Assembly: GCA_963765865.1 (NCBI GenBank)
Contig: CAVXYE010000004.1
Span: forward strand, 268,117 to 332,116
Direction of reading: 5' to 3'
DNA: 64,000 nucleotides
Source of the DNA: an uncultured Actinomycetes bacterium
Lineage (GTDB): Bacteria; Actinomycetota; UBA4738; HRBIN12
The translations under genes were made by a program, and so were the position numbers. Numbering within the stretch: the stretch's first letter is position 1; each line of letters begins with the position of its first letter. Below, in pieces: positions 48,628-59,559 of the stretch. The notes beneath the pieces are model-generated. The model was not told where the DNA came from and did not search any database. It worked only from the letters and a program-made list of their open reading frames with translations.

Positions 48628-49492
48628 TTATCGTACGGCCGACCCGGCGAAACGGGTGAGCCGTCGGACGAGCAGGTCGGGCCGTTGGATGGGGAGGTCG
48701 TGGATCCCCTCCACCCAGGCGAACGTCGCCGGGGACCCGGCCGCCTTCAGATCGCTGCACCGCCTCACGTTTCGCAGCATCGAACGCGGCCGCATCCGCG
48801 GACCCGTGGGCGAGGATCGCGAGCGTGGGAACCCTCAGCACCGCATGGAGCGCCGGCGCGTCCTGGTCCCAGATCGCCCGGAGGATCCGGAAGTGATTCG
48901 CGCGCGACAGCCGCGGATGGATGCGACCCTGTCCGTCCACCCGCATCAGGGAGAGGAAGATCGCCTCCACCTCGGGCGTCAGCGGGACGGGCGACCAGCG
49001 GGCAAGGCCGGCGCGGAAGGAATCCAACGGCGTCCCGGCGAGCAGGGGCGGCGCGAGTTGCCGTTTCGCCGCTTCCCACGTCGCGAACGAGCTCCGCAGC
49101 CGGAAGACGCCGCCGTCGACCAGGACGGCGCCGCTCACCGCACGAGGGTGACCCGCCGCGAGGGCGAGCGCGACATCCGCACCCCACGAATGCCCCACGA
49201 CGATCGGCCGTCGCAGCCGGGCCGCCTTGATCACCGCCGCCGCGTCGGCGGTGACGTGGTCGAACCCGTAGCCGGCCGCGGGCTTCGCCGACAGGCCGTG
49301 GCCGCGTGCGTCGAAGGTGACGACCCGGAACCGCCGGGCGAGTCCGGGAAGCATCAGATCCCAGATCCGTTGAGAGGAGGCCAAACCGTGGTGGAGGAGG
49401 AGCGCGGGCGCGTCGTTCGACGCGCCCGCGATCCGGCGGGCGCGGAGGCGTACGCCTCCGTCGCCCTCCACGTCGAACCAGCGCTCCTCCAT
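48628..49492 (-). pseudogene. alpha/beta-hydrolase fold protein, apparent frameshift near 48745
   Basis: Nucleophile elbow GHSWG. The listed frame degenerates into low-GC3 sequence and reads into the next gene. The +1 frame gives a canonical C-terminus ...ATFAWVEGIHDLPIQRPDLLVRRLTRFAGSAVR* ending at 48628. Removing one C from gtccccggc joins them. Confidence 0.6.
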
Positions 49493-49582
49493 CGCCGGCC
49501 ATCGTAGAGGGGCAGGCCGTTGAGGGGTTCCGCGTTCGGTCCGTGCGGCGTAGGCTCAGGCACCGCCGACGAAGGGGGAGCG

Positions 49583-49864
49583 ATGTACGGAACGTGCGCA
49601 CGGATGGTGGTCAAGCCAGAGAACCGGGAGAAGATGCAGGCGATCTTCGACGAGGAGCCCACCGACACGAAGGGGTACGTCGCCTCGCACGTGTTGATGG
49701 AGAACGACAGCGACAACGTCTGGCTGCTCGCGATCTTCGAGGACCGAGCGACCTACGACGCGAACGCGGACGATCCCAAGCAGCATGAGATGTACGTGAA
49801 GTACCGCGCCCTCCTCGAGGAGGAGCCGGAGTGGCACGACGGCGAGATCCGATCGTTCCCGTAG
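49583..49864 (+). CDS. ABM-domain (antibiotic biosynthesis monooxygenase-like) protein
   Basis: 93 aa, MYGTCARMVVKPENREKMQAIF...; AGGGGGA RBS. Confidence 0.55.
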   Translation: MYGTCARMVVKPENREKMQAIFDEEPTDTKGYVASHVLMENDSDNVWLLAIFEDRATYDANADDPKQHEMYVKYRALLEEEPEWHDGEIRSFP

Positions 49865-49912
49865 GCGGAGCAGGGACGGACGGCGACCACCTCGAGGAGG
49901 AAGCCGTCTGCC

Positions 49913-51115
49913 TCAACCTCGCGTGAGGCGACGTTCGGCCCGAGGAGCCATCCACCCCGCGATCACGATCCCCGCCGTGGTGCTCACGATCACGACCATC
50001 GCCGCTCGGAGGTCGAACGCCTGCGCGATCCACCCGAAGATCGGCGGGCTCCAGACGAAGCCCGAGTACCCGATCGTCGTCACCGCCGCGACCCCGTTCG
50101 CCTGATCCCCCGGCGCCGCCTCGTCGACCAACCCGAACGCGGCGGGGGCCGCCGCCGAGATCGCGAATCCGAGGATCAGGAACGCGACCGCGACGACCGC
50201 CGGGCTGCTCGTCGCCGCAGCGATACCGCCGCCGACGGCCGCCCCCACCCCCGAGACGATGATCGTGATCCGCCGGCCGAAGCCGAACAGGACCCGTCCC
50301 GCGAACAGACGCCCGACGCAGAGCGCGGCGGAGAAGGCCGCGAACGCGAACGCCGCCTTCGATGCCGTCGCCCCCAGCTGGTCCTGGAGATACAAGCCCG
50401 ACCAGGTGTCCATCGACCCCTCGACGAGGAACGCGAACAGGATCACGAGTGCCGGCACCCAGAGCCCCGGATGGCGCCGGAAGGCCGAGAGCGAGAACGT
50501 CGATGGGTCACCCCCCGGCGCTCCGACGTCCGCACCACGCCACCCGTTCCACGCAGCCGTCAGGAACAGGACGACGCCGGCGAACACGAGACCGACCTGG
50601 TAGTCGATCCCGGCCGCCACGATGGCGCCGGCCACGACGGCGCCCGTGACCCCGCCCGCCGCGTAACTGGCGTGCAGCCATTGCAGGACCGGCCGTCCCG
50701 TGGCCACCTCGACCCGCTGCGCCTCGACGTTCATGAAGACGTCGATCAATCCGTTGCCGGCCCCGACCAGGATGAAGGCGATCCAGAGGAGGCCCGTCGG
50801 GAGCACGGCCATCGCGAAGGCGCCGACCCCGAGCGCCATCAAGGACCCCGCAACGAGCGCGCTGATCGGGAAGCGGGTCAGGCGCGGAGCTCCGAACGCC
50901 ATCACGACGACGGCGACGATCGACAGCAGGGCGAGGAGCAAGCCGTTGCGTCCGTACGACAGACCGCGCTGCCGATTGAGCTCGACGACGATGATCACCC
51001 AGGTGCCCCAGTACTGCCCGAACGACCAGTAGCCGGCCAGCAACGCGGGGATCCGGCGCGCTTCGTCCTCCGCGATCGGGACGGAGCGAGGGGGCTGGGA
51101 CGGCGGCGCCTCCAT
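49913..51115 (-). CDS. MFS transporter
   Basis: 401 aa with ~12 TM segments. The listed 506-aa ORF is a 5' over-extension. Confidence 0.75.
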   Translation of the reverse strand: MEAPPSQPPRSVPIAEDEARRIPALLAGYWSFGQYWGTWVIIVVELNRQRGLSYGRNGLLLALLSIVAVVVMAFGAPRLTRFPISALVAGSLMALGVGAFAMAVLPTGLLWIAFILVGAGNGLIDVFMNVEAQRVEVATGRPVLQWLHASYAAGGVTGAVVAGAIVAAGIDYQVGLVFAGVVLFLTAAWNGWRGADVGAPGGDPSTFSLSAFRRHPGLWVPALVILFAFLVEGSMDTWSGLYLQDQLGATASKAAFAFAAFSAALCVGRLFAGRVLFGFGRRITIIVSGVGAAVGGGIAAATSSPAVVAVAFLILGFAISAAAPAAFGLVDEAAPGDQANGVAAVTTIGYSGFVWSPPIFGWIAQAFDLRAAMVVIVSTTAGIVIAGWMAPRAERRLTRG

Positions 51116-51191
51116 GGTCCGCGCATGATTGCACGCCGCCGTCGCCGTGCGGTTGACCCGCGTCGCGGGCGGAGCGATAGACTCGCCGACC

Positions 51192-52313
51192 ATGGCGGGA
51201 GGAGAGGTCCAGCTCGTCGACCTCGTGAAACGCTTCGGCGAGTTCACGGCCGTCGACGGCATCAGCCTCCAGATGCCCTCGGGCGAGTTCTTCTCCTTGC
51301 TGGGCCCCTCGGGATGCGGGAAGACCACGTCCCTGCGGATGATCGCCGGGTTCGAGCGCCCGACGGAGGGGCAGATCCTGCTCGACGGCGTCGACATGGC
51401 ACAGACGCCGCCCCACAAGCGCGACGTCAACACCGTGTTCCAGAACTACGCGTTGTTCCCCCACCTGACGGTCGAGGAGAACGTGGCGTTCGGGCTCAAG
51501 TATCAGAAGGCGTCCAAGCAGGAGGTCCGTGAGCGCGTCGGGCGCGCGCTGGAGCTCGTGCAGATGAGCCAATTCGTCCGCCGTCGTCCCAACCAGCTGT
51601 CCGGCGGCCAGCAGCAACGGGTGGCGCTCGCGAGGGCGTTGATCCTGAACCCGAAGGTCCTGCTCCTCGACGAGCCGCTCGGCGCGCTCGACGCCAAGCT
51701 CCGCAAGCGGCTGCAGATCGAGCTGAAGGCGCTCCAGGAGGAGGTGGGGATCACGTTCATCTACGTGACCCACGACCAGGAAGAGGCGCTCACGATGTCG
51801 GACCGGATCGCGGTGATGTCGCAGGGTCGGGTCGAGCAGGTGGGCAAGCCCAAGGAGATCTACGAGAACCCGGCCACGGCCTACGTCGCCGACTTCCTGG
51901 GGGTCTCGAACCTGATGGATGCCGAGGCGGCGGGGCCTGCCCCGGATGGATGCAGGGTGAAGCTCGGAGCGTTCGAGCTCCTCGCCGGCCAGGGAGAGCC
52001 CGACGCGGTCGGGCCGTGCAAGGTGACGATCCGTCCGGAGCGGATCGACATCGAGCCGCAGGGGACCGCGGGCGAGAACCGGATCCCCGGGATGGTCGAG
52101 CGCGTGGTGTACGTCGGCGCGACGCTCCAGGTCTTCCTCCACCTGGCGTCGGGGCAGACGATCCAGGCCTGGATCCCGAACGACGGCGATGCCCAGTCGC
52201 GCGCTTCCGGCGACGCGATCATGGCGTATCTCCCGGCCGACGCCCTCCGCGTGCTTCCCGGCGGGGGGACGGCCGTCTTCGCCGCGGCGGAGCTGGACGT
52301 CGCGAGCGGCTGA
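51192..52313 (+). CDS. potA: polyamine (spermidine/putrescine)-type ABC transporter ATP-binding protein
   Basis: Walker A GPSGCGKTT, signature LSGGQQQRVALARAL, Walker B LLLDEPLGALD. C-terminal TOBE-like domain. Confidence 0.85.
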   Translation: MAGGEVQLVDLVKRFGEFTAVDGISLQMPSGEFFSLLGPSGCGKTTSLRMIAGFERPTEGQILLDGVDMAQTPPHKRDVNTVFQNYALFPHLTVEENVAFGLKYQKASKQEVRERVGRALELVQMSQFVRRRPNQLSGGQQQRVALARALILNPKVLLLDEPLGALDAKLRKRLQIELKALQEEVGITFIYVTHDQEEALTMSDRIAVMSQGRVEQVGKPKEIYENPATAYVADFLGVSNLMDAEAAGPAPDGCRVKLGAFELLAGQGEPDAVGPCKVTIRPERIDIEPQGTAGENRIPGMVERVVYVGATLQVFLHLASGQTIQAWIPNDGDAQSRASGDAIMAYLPADALRVLPGGGTAVFAAAELDVASG

Positions 52314-52322
52314 TCCGGCCGC

Positions 52323-53252
52323 TCAGAACTGGGTCGCGAGGTCTCCCAGGCCCGCGCCGGTGCGCTGACCCTTGGTGAACACGCGGTAGAGCAGGTACGC
52401 GACGACCCCGACCACGATCGTGGAACCCAGCATGAACGTCGCCGCCGCGTTGATCGCCGGCGTCGGTTGGCTGCGCGCGAAGCTGTAGATCTTGACCGAC
52501 AGCGGCTCGCTGGTCGACGGGCCGGACAGGTATCGCACCGTGACGAAGTCGTCGATCGTGTCGGCGAACACGATCGCGGCGCTGGCGAAGATCGCCGGGT
52601 AGAGCATCGGAAGGAGCACGGCGCGGATCGATTGCCTCGGCGTCGCGCCCAGGTCCATCGCCGCCTCCTCGTAGTCCTTCCCGATCGACAGCAATCGCGC
52701 GCGCACGATGATGACCGGATACGAGAGCTGGAAGGTCACGAGCCCCAGGATCTGCGCCGGGGTTCCGAGGGGGACGAACTTCAGCAGGAAGGAGAACACG
52801 AAGAACAGGGCCAGTCCCAGGATGATCTCCGGCATCACGAACGAGAGCAGCATCACGAAGTTCGCGCCGGCCGCGGCCCTGCCACGCCACCGATCGATCC
52901 CCAACGCGAAGGCGACCCCCATCGGGACCGCGATCACCATCGTGCTCAGCGAGAGCTTCAGGCTCTGGATCACGGCAGAGTGGAGCTCCGGATCGTGCAG
53001 GAGGGAGTCGGACGGATCGGTCCACCACCACTGGAGGCTGAACAGGTGGACCGAGCTGCTGGAGCGGCTGGCGTTGAACGAGACCGCGATCGCGATCACC
53101 AAGGGAAGCAGTGACCAGACGATGTACCCCCAGGTGACGGTGGCGAGGATCGTGGGTCTCCGCCATGGGTTGCGCACCCATCGGCGGACGAACCCACCGC
53201 GGGTGCCTGGGAGGGCGCGCGACTGTGGGCCGCTGAGCACGTGTTCGCTCAT
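52323..53252 (-). CDS. potC: ABC transporter permease (PotC-like)
   Basis: 309 aa, 6 TM, with ...EAAMDLGATPRQSIRAVLLPML... EAA-type loop. Confidence 0.8.
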   Translation of the reverse strand: MSEHVLSGPQSRALPGTRGGFVRRWVRNPWRRPTILATVTWGYIVWSLLPLVIAIAVSFNASRSSSSVHLFSLQWWWTDPSDSLLHDPELHSAVIQSLKLSLSTMVIAVPMGVAFALGIDRWRGRAAAGANFVMLLSFVMPEIILGLALFFVFSFLLKFVPLGTPAQILGLVTFQLSYPVIIVRARLLSIGKDYEEAAMDLGATPRQSIRAVLLPMLYPAIFASAAIVFADTIDDFVTVRYLSGPSTSEPLSVKIYSFARSQPTPAINAAATFMLGSTIVVGVVAYLLYRVFTKGQRTGAGLGDLATQF

Positions 53253-54202
53253 CGGGTCTCCAACGATCTCGCCGTGCTCCGCAGGTAGTAGAACATCGGG
53301 ATGAGGAGCAAGGTCATCAGGATGATGACGAACACGGCGGCTCGCGGGCCCTGACCGGTCGAGCCGTACGCCTCGTCGATCAGGTTGCCGAGCATCGTGG
53401 TCCTGGGCGACTGCGACAGGAGGTTGTTCGTGTAGTAGTCGCCGAACATCGGGAGCGACACGATCACGAGCGCGGCCAGGATGCCGGGACGCGAGAGCGG
53501 CAGGGTGACGCGGAAGAACGTCCTGGCCGGACCGGCCCCCAGATCACGACCGGCCTCCAGCAGGTTGGCGTCGATCCGGTCCAGGAACGCGTAGAGGGGC
53601 AAGACCATGTACGGGATGTAGCCGTAGATCAGCCCCATGATCACGGTCGATGGTCGCCCACTCAGCCAATCGATCGGTTGCGGCACGACGTGGAGGAACG
53701 TCAGGATCTTGTTGACGTATCCGTCGGTGTCGAGCAGGTTGATCCAGGCGAGCATGCGCATCAGGTAGCTGATGAAGAACGGCGCGATCAGCAGCGCGAG
53801 GAGGAGGGCCTTCCGCCTCCCGCCGAAGCGGGCCACGTAATACGCCACCGTGTACGCGAGGACCAGACAGAGGGCGCTCGCGATGACGACGTACTCGAAG
53901 GTGTGGACATAGACATGGCGATAGAGCCCGAACGAATCGTCGAGCACCTTGCCGAACTGTTCCCCGCTCCACCACCACGGCTCGTAGACGGGCAGCGGGT
54001 TCCGGAAGATCTGGTCGACGGTGCCGAAGGCGATCGAGATGACCGTGTACAGCGGCAGGACGAACAGGATCGCGAGCCAGAGCGACGCCGGGAGCGTGAA
54101 CGAGGGCCAGAACCAGCGCGGATAAAGGACCCCCTCCTCGGTCGCCCCGCCCGAGCGGCGGCGGCGCCGACGGGCGGGCTCGGCCTCGCTAGGACCCGAC
54201 AC
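53249..54202 (-). CDS. potB: ABC transporter permease (PotB-like)
   Basis: 317 aa, with ...LEAGRDLGAGPARTFFRVTLPLSRPGI... EAA loop. 4-nt overlap with potC. Confidence 0.8.
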   Translation of the reverse strand: MSGPSEAEPARRRRRRSGGATEEGVLYPRWFWPSFTLPASLWLAILFVLPLYTVISIAFGTVDQIFRNPLPVYEPWWWSGEQFGKVLDDSFGLYRHVYVHTFEYVVIASALCLVLAYTVAYYVARFGGRRKALLLALLIAPFFISYLMRMLAWINLLDTDGYVNKILTFLHVVPQPIDWLSGRPSTVIMGLIYGYIPYMVLPLYAFLDRIDANLLEAGRDLGAGPARTFFRVTLPLSRPGILAALVIVSLPMFGDYYTNNLLSQSPRTTMLGNLIDEAYGSTGQGPRAAVFVIILMTLLLIPMFYYLRSTARSLETR

Positions 54203-55499
54203 CGGCGGTGAACTCGGACCAGATCTCGTGCCAATGGTCGTCGACGTCCGCCGGCAGGGGACCTTCGCGATACCCGATCGCGAAGTCGCCCTCGCGCACG
54301 GCCGCGTCGGGCATCCAAGGAGCCACGTACATCGCGGGCGCCGCCCAGCTCGAGGACTTCTTCGAGTACAAGCCCTCCGTCTTCGTGAGCGCGTCCACGT
54401 TCGCCTGCGTCTGTGGCGGCTGGTAGCCGTTCCAGGAGAAGTTGTCCATCGCGTGACGGAACGAGATGTAGAAGTTGATGAACTCGTGCGCCAGCCGCGG
54501 ATGCTCCGCGCTCTTCGGGATCGCGATCAGGTCGTTGTCGATGGGGCCCTTGCGGTCCTCGGGGAACCAGTACCCGTAGCCCTCATAGGCGGCCTGCGTG
54601 GCGGGGGAGGTGTACTCCCAGCCTGCGACGACGTCACCCGACCACGCCGTGGTGACCGCGAACTTGTCGTTCTGCAGCTTGTTGTACGAGGCGTCGTAGG
54701 CGATCCTCGGGTCGACCGCATCGATCATGGCCAAGAGGTCGGTGCGCACCGTCTCGAGGTCGGCGTCCTTGCCCGTGTTCAGGTCCGTGATCCCGTTCTT
54801 CATCAACGCGATCGCCATCACGTCGCGGTAGCTGGGGTAGACGCCGACCTTGCCCTTGTAGGTCGGGTCCCACAGGATCGACCACGGGTTGTCCATCCCG
54901 TGGATCACGTCGTCGGGGATCTGGTCGCGCCGGTAGCCGATGCCGGTCGTGTAGATCGTGTACGGCACGGAGTAGCGCCAGCCCTGGTCGTAGTACGGGT
55001 TCTGGAAGGCGGCCCAGTTGTCCTGCTGGAGCGCCGGGATCAGGTCGTGGTTCAGCGGCTGGAGCAGGTCGGCGGCGACCAGCTTGCCGAGCACGTCGAT
55101 CGTCGGGAAGAAGACGTCCGCCTTGATCTTGCCGCTCGCGAGCTTCTGGACGCCCTCGTCCATGTTGTTGAAGGTCGTGACGCCGGAGAACGTGATGCCG
55201 TCGTCCCCGTACTGCTGCACGAACTGGTTGATCACGTACTTCCACATGTAGACCGCCCAGTTGAGGATCTGGAGCGTCGCTCCCTGCTCGATCGGGGTGT
55301 CGGTCGCGATCGGCTCGCCGTTCATCGGGAGCGTCACCGGATGGTCGGGCGTTGCGATCTCGAAGGCGGCCGATCCGCTCGTGCTCGCTCCGGGCTTCGA
55401 ACAGGCGTCCAGGATCGCGGACATCGTCGGGATGGCCGCGGCCGTTCCTCCCGCCCGGACGAGGAACTCACGACGGGACAGATCCCTTACGTGACGCAT
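54189..55499 (-). CDS. potD: polyamine-type ABC transporter substrate-binding protein with Tat-like signal
   Basis: MRHVRDLSRREFLVRAGGTAAAIPTMSAILDAC... followed by a PotD/PBP2 family body. GGAGG RBS. The track ORF start is over-extended. Confidence 0.8.
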   Translation of the reverse strand: MRHVRDLSRREFLVRAGGTAAAIPTMSAILDACSKPGASTSGSAAFEIATPDHPVTLPMNGEPIATDTPIEQGATLQILNWAVYMWKYVINQFVQQYGDDGITFSGVTTFNNMDEGVQKLASGKIKADVFFPTIDVLGKLVAADLLQPLNHDLIPALQQDNWAAFQNPYYDQGWRYSVPYTIYTTGIGYRRDQIPDDVIHGMDNPWSILWDPTYKGKVGVYPSYRDVMAIALMKNGITDLNTGKDADLETVRTDLLAMIDAVDPRIAYDASYNKLQNDKFAVTTAWSGDVVAGWEYTSPATQAAYEGYGYWFPEDRKGPIDNDLIAIPKSAEHPRLAHEFINFYISFRHAMDNFSWNGYQPPQTQANVDALTKTEGLYSKKSSSWAAPAMYVAPWMPDAAVREGDFAIGYREGPLPADVDDHWHEIWSEFTAGVGS

Positions 55500-55767
55500 C
55501 GTTTCCTCCCCACGTCGAGCCGGTGGGAGAACCCTGACCGGCGGTTCAAGCCGATGCAGGCCGGTGAGTACCATAGCCAGCCCGCGCTATGCAAGGGACG
55601 CCGGGCACAACCCGTTCGAGCTAGCTCCGGCCCCTAGGCAGCTCGGTGTTCTCTCTCCTGTCGTTCGCACCCGGTCGTGCCCCGGATCATCTGCGTCCGA
55701 GCCGGGCGCGGCCCGGCTATCATCCGTGCCTCTTCACCGGGCCGATCGAGGGGAACGAGGGGTCGCC

Positions 55768-56601
55768 GTGCCTGACGTTGCAGCCGAACCCATCTTGCTG
55801 GTCGAGGATCTCGGTCCCGTCCGTCGGTTGACGATGAACCGCCCCGACGCCCTCAACGCCCTGAACGCGGAGCTCACCGAGGCGATCTCGGTGGCGATCC
55901 GAGCGGCCGGCGCCGACGACGCGGTCTCCGTCGTGATCCTCCGCGGGGCCGGGAGGGCGTTCTGCGCCGGGTACGACCTGAACGAGGACGCAACCGGAGG
56001 CGCTCTGGACGCGCGTCATTGGTTCGACGAGCTGCACGCCTCCACCGCGAAGATGCTCGAGATCTTCGACTGCCCCAAACCCGTGATCGCCTCGGTGCAG
56101 TCCTATTGCCTGGCCGGCGGGACCGACCTGATGCTCGCGTGCGACCTCGCGGTCGCCGCCGACGACGCGTACTTCGGGTACGTCGACGTGCGGTTCGGCT
56201 CGGGGGTCGTCTCGATGTTCCTGCCGTGGGTCGTCGGGATGCGCGCCGCCAAGGAGCTCCTGTTCACCGGCGAGGACCGGGTCCCCGCCGACGAGGCGCT
56301 GCGCCTCGGGCTCGTGAACCGGGTGGTCCCTCGCGACCGGCTGGACGACGCGACGCTGGAGCTGGCCGAGGAGATCGCGAAGAACGAGCCCTTCGTCGTT
56401 CAGACCTCCAAGCGGGCCGCGAACCGTGCCTGGGACGTCGCCGGGTTCCGCGCGGCGATGGCGTCCAACACCGAGCTCGACGTGATGATCGAGACCGCGA
56501 ACCTCCCGGCGCGCGACGAGTTCCGCCGGATCACCCAGGAACAGGGGCTGAAGGCGGCGATCGCGTGGCGCGACGCGAGGTTCCGCGGTGATGGAGGGTG
56601 A
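55768..56601 (+). CDS. enoyl-CoA hydratase/isomerase (crotonase) family protein
   Basis: ...RPDALNALN..., ...RGAGRAFCAGYDL..., ...CLAGGTDLMLACDL... GTG start at 55768. Confidence 0.8.
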   Translation: MPDVAAEPILLVEDLGPVRRLTMNRPDALNALNAELTEAISVAIRAAGADDAVSVVILRGAGRAFCAGYDLNEDATGGALDARHWFDELHASTAKMLEIFDCPKPVIASVQSYCLAGGTDLMLACDLAVAADDAYFGYVDVRFGSGVVSMFLPWVVGMRAAKELLFTGEDRVPADEALRLGLVNRVVPRDRLDDATLELAEEIAKNEPFVVQTSKRAANRAWDVAGFRAAMASNTELDVMIETANLPARDEFRRITQEQGLKAAIAWRDARFRGDGG

Positions 56602-58707
56602 CGCCGGGGTGGCGGCTCGGGCCGCTGCTCGCGCCGCGGTCGATCGCGATCATCGGGGCCTCTGAGGCCGCGGACTCCTGGGCGCCGGAGATCGAGCGTT
56701 CGCTCCGCCACGTCGGGTACGCCGGCGCTCTGCACCCCGTCAATCCGAAGTACGACACCGTTTGGGGCGTCCCCTGCGTGCCGTCGATCGCGGACCTGCC
56801 TCGGAACGTCGACCTGGTCGTCTTCGTGGTCCCCGCGCGCCTCGTGGTGGGGATGATCGACGACTGCGCCGCGCAGGGCGTCCGGTCGGTGATGGTCGTC
56901 TCGTCGGGGTTCGCCGAGGCGGGCGACGAGGGCCGCGCGTTGCAGGACCGGCTGCGGGAGGCGGCGCTCCGCCACCACCTGCCGGTGCTCGGTCCCAACG
57001 TCGAGGGGTTCGTGAACTACGTCGACCACGTGGCGCCGTACGGCACGACCCCGCCGGCCGATCCCGTCGCCGGATCGATCAGCGTGATCTCGCAGTCGGG
57101 AACCGTGGCGTGGACGATGAACCAGATGGCGTCGGACCGCGGCGTCGGCCTGCGGATCATCCTGGGCGTGGGCAACGAGGCGGTGCTCGGTCTCGGCGAC
57201 CTCTTCTCGTGGGCGGCCGACGACCCGCACACGAAGGTCGTCACGTCCTACGTGGAGACGATGCGCGACGTGGCGGGGATCGGGCGCGGCCTCGACGCGC
57301 TCCGATCCGCGGGGAAGCCGGTGCTGATCTGCGCGCCGCAGGGCCGCTCCGAGGCGGCCCTGCGAGCGATCGTCGCGCACACGGGGGCACTCGCCGGGAA
57401 CACCGGGTTGCGCGACGCCTGGCTGAAGGGTCACGGGGTCGTCCTGGTGGACGACCCCGTGACGATGTTCGAGGCCGCGGTCCTGCTCGCGCACCACCGG
57501 AAGCTCCGGACCGACGGGATCGCGGGCGCCTTCCAGTCCGGCGGCGCGTGCACGCTGTTCGCCGAAGCGGCGGGAACGGCGGGGCTCACGCTCCCGGCGT
57601 TCGCAGCGCCCACCGAAACGCGCGCTCCGCCGCGCGCTCCCGTCGTTCGCCTCGCAGAACAACCCGCTCGACGTGACCGGTCAGGCCGCCGTCGAGACGG
57701 ACATGTTCGTCGGCGCGCTCACGGCGCTCGCGAGCGATCCGGCGATCGGTCTGGTCGCCTTCGACGCGTTCCCACCGCGTCTGCCCGGGGAGACGCCGTG
57801 GGCGGACCCCGTCCTGGCGACGGTGATGGACCTCCAGCGGTCCTCGGGGGTGGCCTTCGCCTCGGTGTCGATGAGCCCGCTGGCGTACGCCGCCGAGGCG
57901 AAGGCCTTCACCCGGACGTGGGGCGCGCTCCCGTTCCTGCAGGGGCATCGCGCGGCCGCGGGCGCGATCCGGGCGCTCGTCGACGCACAGCGCGCCCGCG
58001 GCCGCGCGACGCGGGAGATGGCGCCGCACGCGAACCGCACCCAAGCTCGCCGGATCCTCCGCGGCCGCGCCGGGCCCCTCGACGAGGCCACCGCCGCACG
58101 GATCCTGGAGCTGTACGGGGTGCGCCGGCCGAAGGAGGCCCTGGTCCGAACCCCGGCGCAGGCGGTGGAGGCCGCCCGGAAGATCCGCTCGGCCGTCGCG
58201 GTCAAGGCGGTGGCGCCCGAGCTTCCGCACAAAGCGAAGTTGGGCGGCGTTCGGATCGACGTCCGGGGCGCCGAGGCGGTCGCGGCCGCGGCGGAGGAGG
58301 TGCTGACCGCGGCTCGCCGAGCCGGCGCTCGCGAGCCGAAGGTGCTCGTGCAGGAGATGATCGCCGGCGCCGAGGTCCTGGTCGGCGCGGTGGTCGACGA
58401 GCGGTTCGGCGCGTGCGTGACGATGCGGCCGGGCGGCGCGCTCGCGGAGGCGGGGACGGCGGAGTTCGTCGCGGCGCCGCTCGGCCCGAAGGCCGCGCGC
58501 GCCTACGTGGAGACGCACGCGGCGGCCTGCGGCCTGGATGAGGCGAAGCACGACCTGGGTGCGGTCGCGGCGGCGGTCGCGCAGATCGCGCGCGCAGCGC
58601 ACGATCTGCGCGACCGCCTCGTGTCGCTGGAGGCCAACCCGCTCGTCGTCCGCGACCGCGGCGCGGTCGCGGTCGACGCCCTCGCCGAGGCCAGAGCACC
58701 CGCGTGA
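56598..58707 (+). pseudogene. ADP-forming acyl-CoA synthetase (CoA-binding plus succinyl-CoA-ligase-like plus ATP-grasp), apparent frameshift ~57640
   Basis: N-terminal CoA-binding half (SIAIIGASE...) in frame 0 to ...LPAFAAPTETRA. C-terminal half (57673..58707: ...LPSFASQNNPLDVTGQAAVETDMFVGAL...ATP-grasp) in frame 1. Deleting one C from gctccgccg joins them. Confidence 0.7.
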
Positions 58708-59555
58708 TCGAAGGGCTGCTCGCGGCGCTCGGATGGGGCTGCGCCGACTTCTTCGGGGCGGTCGTCGGAAGGCGGATCGGCAGCCTCTGGACGGTGATCA
58801 TCGCGCAGGGGTTCGCCGCGCTCGTGGCGACCGCGATCGTCGTGTTCACCGGGGACTCGGTCCGTCCGGTCGCGGCGCTCACCGGAGCGCTCGCGCTGAA
58901 CGCCGTCTTCACGGCCACGGCCTACGTGACCCACTACCGGGCGCTGGAGCTGGGGCCGGTGGCCGTCGTCTCGCCGGTCGGCGCGACGTACGCGCTGGTC
59001 GGCGTCGTGCTCGCGATCGTGGTCCTCGGCGAGCGACCCAGCCTCCTCGCGCTCACCGGAGGGGTCGTGACGGTGGTCGGCGTGATGCTCACGTCGACCG
59101 ACCTCCGCAAGCTCCGCGCGGGGACGCACGGGATGCCGCCGGGGCTTCCCTGGGCGGTCGCGTCGGCGATCGGGTTCGGCGTCGGGGGGTTCTTCCTCGC
59201 CTACCTGTCACGGCACCTCGGGTGGGTGGTCGGCATGTGGGCGTCCCGGTGCGCACAGCTCGCGGGATTCGCGGTCGTCGCGTTCGCGCGGCGGAGGTCG
59301 CTCGCCGCGCGTCTGCCCGCGCGTGCGGGGATCGGCGCGGCGATCGGCGTGGGCGCCGCGGACCTCGTCGGTGTCATCGCGTTCTCGATCGGGACCCAGG
59401 CCGGGCTCGTGTCGATCGTCCTCGTCGCCTCGGCGGTGTTCCCCCTGATCGCCGTCGGGCTCTCGGTCGCCTACCTCGGCGAGCGTCCGGTGCCGAACCA
59501 GTACGTCGGGGTCGGCCTCGTTGCCGCAGGCCTGCTGCTCCTCGGTCTGGCGTGA
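58704..59555 (+). CDS. EamA/DMT-family transporter
   Basis: 283 aa, 10 TM segments in two EamA halves. GTG start overlapping the upstream stop. Confidence 0.75.
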   Translation: MIEGLLAALGWGCADFFGAVVGRRIGSLWTVIIAQGFAALVATAIVVFTGDSVRPVAALTGALALNAVFTATAYVTHYRALELGPVAVVSPVGATYALVGVVLAIVVLGERPSLLALTGGVVTVVGVMLTSTDLRKLRAGTHGMPPGLPWAVASAIGFGVGGFFLAYLSRHLGWVVGMWASRCAQLAGFAVVAFARRRSLAARLPARAGIGAAIGVGAADLVGVIAFSIGTQAGLVSIVLVASAVFPLIAVGLSVAYLGERPVPNQYVGVGLVAAGLLLLGLA

Positions 59556-59559
59556 CCGG

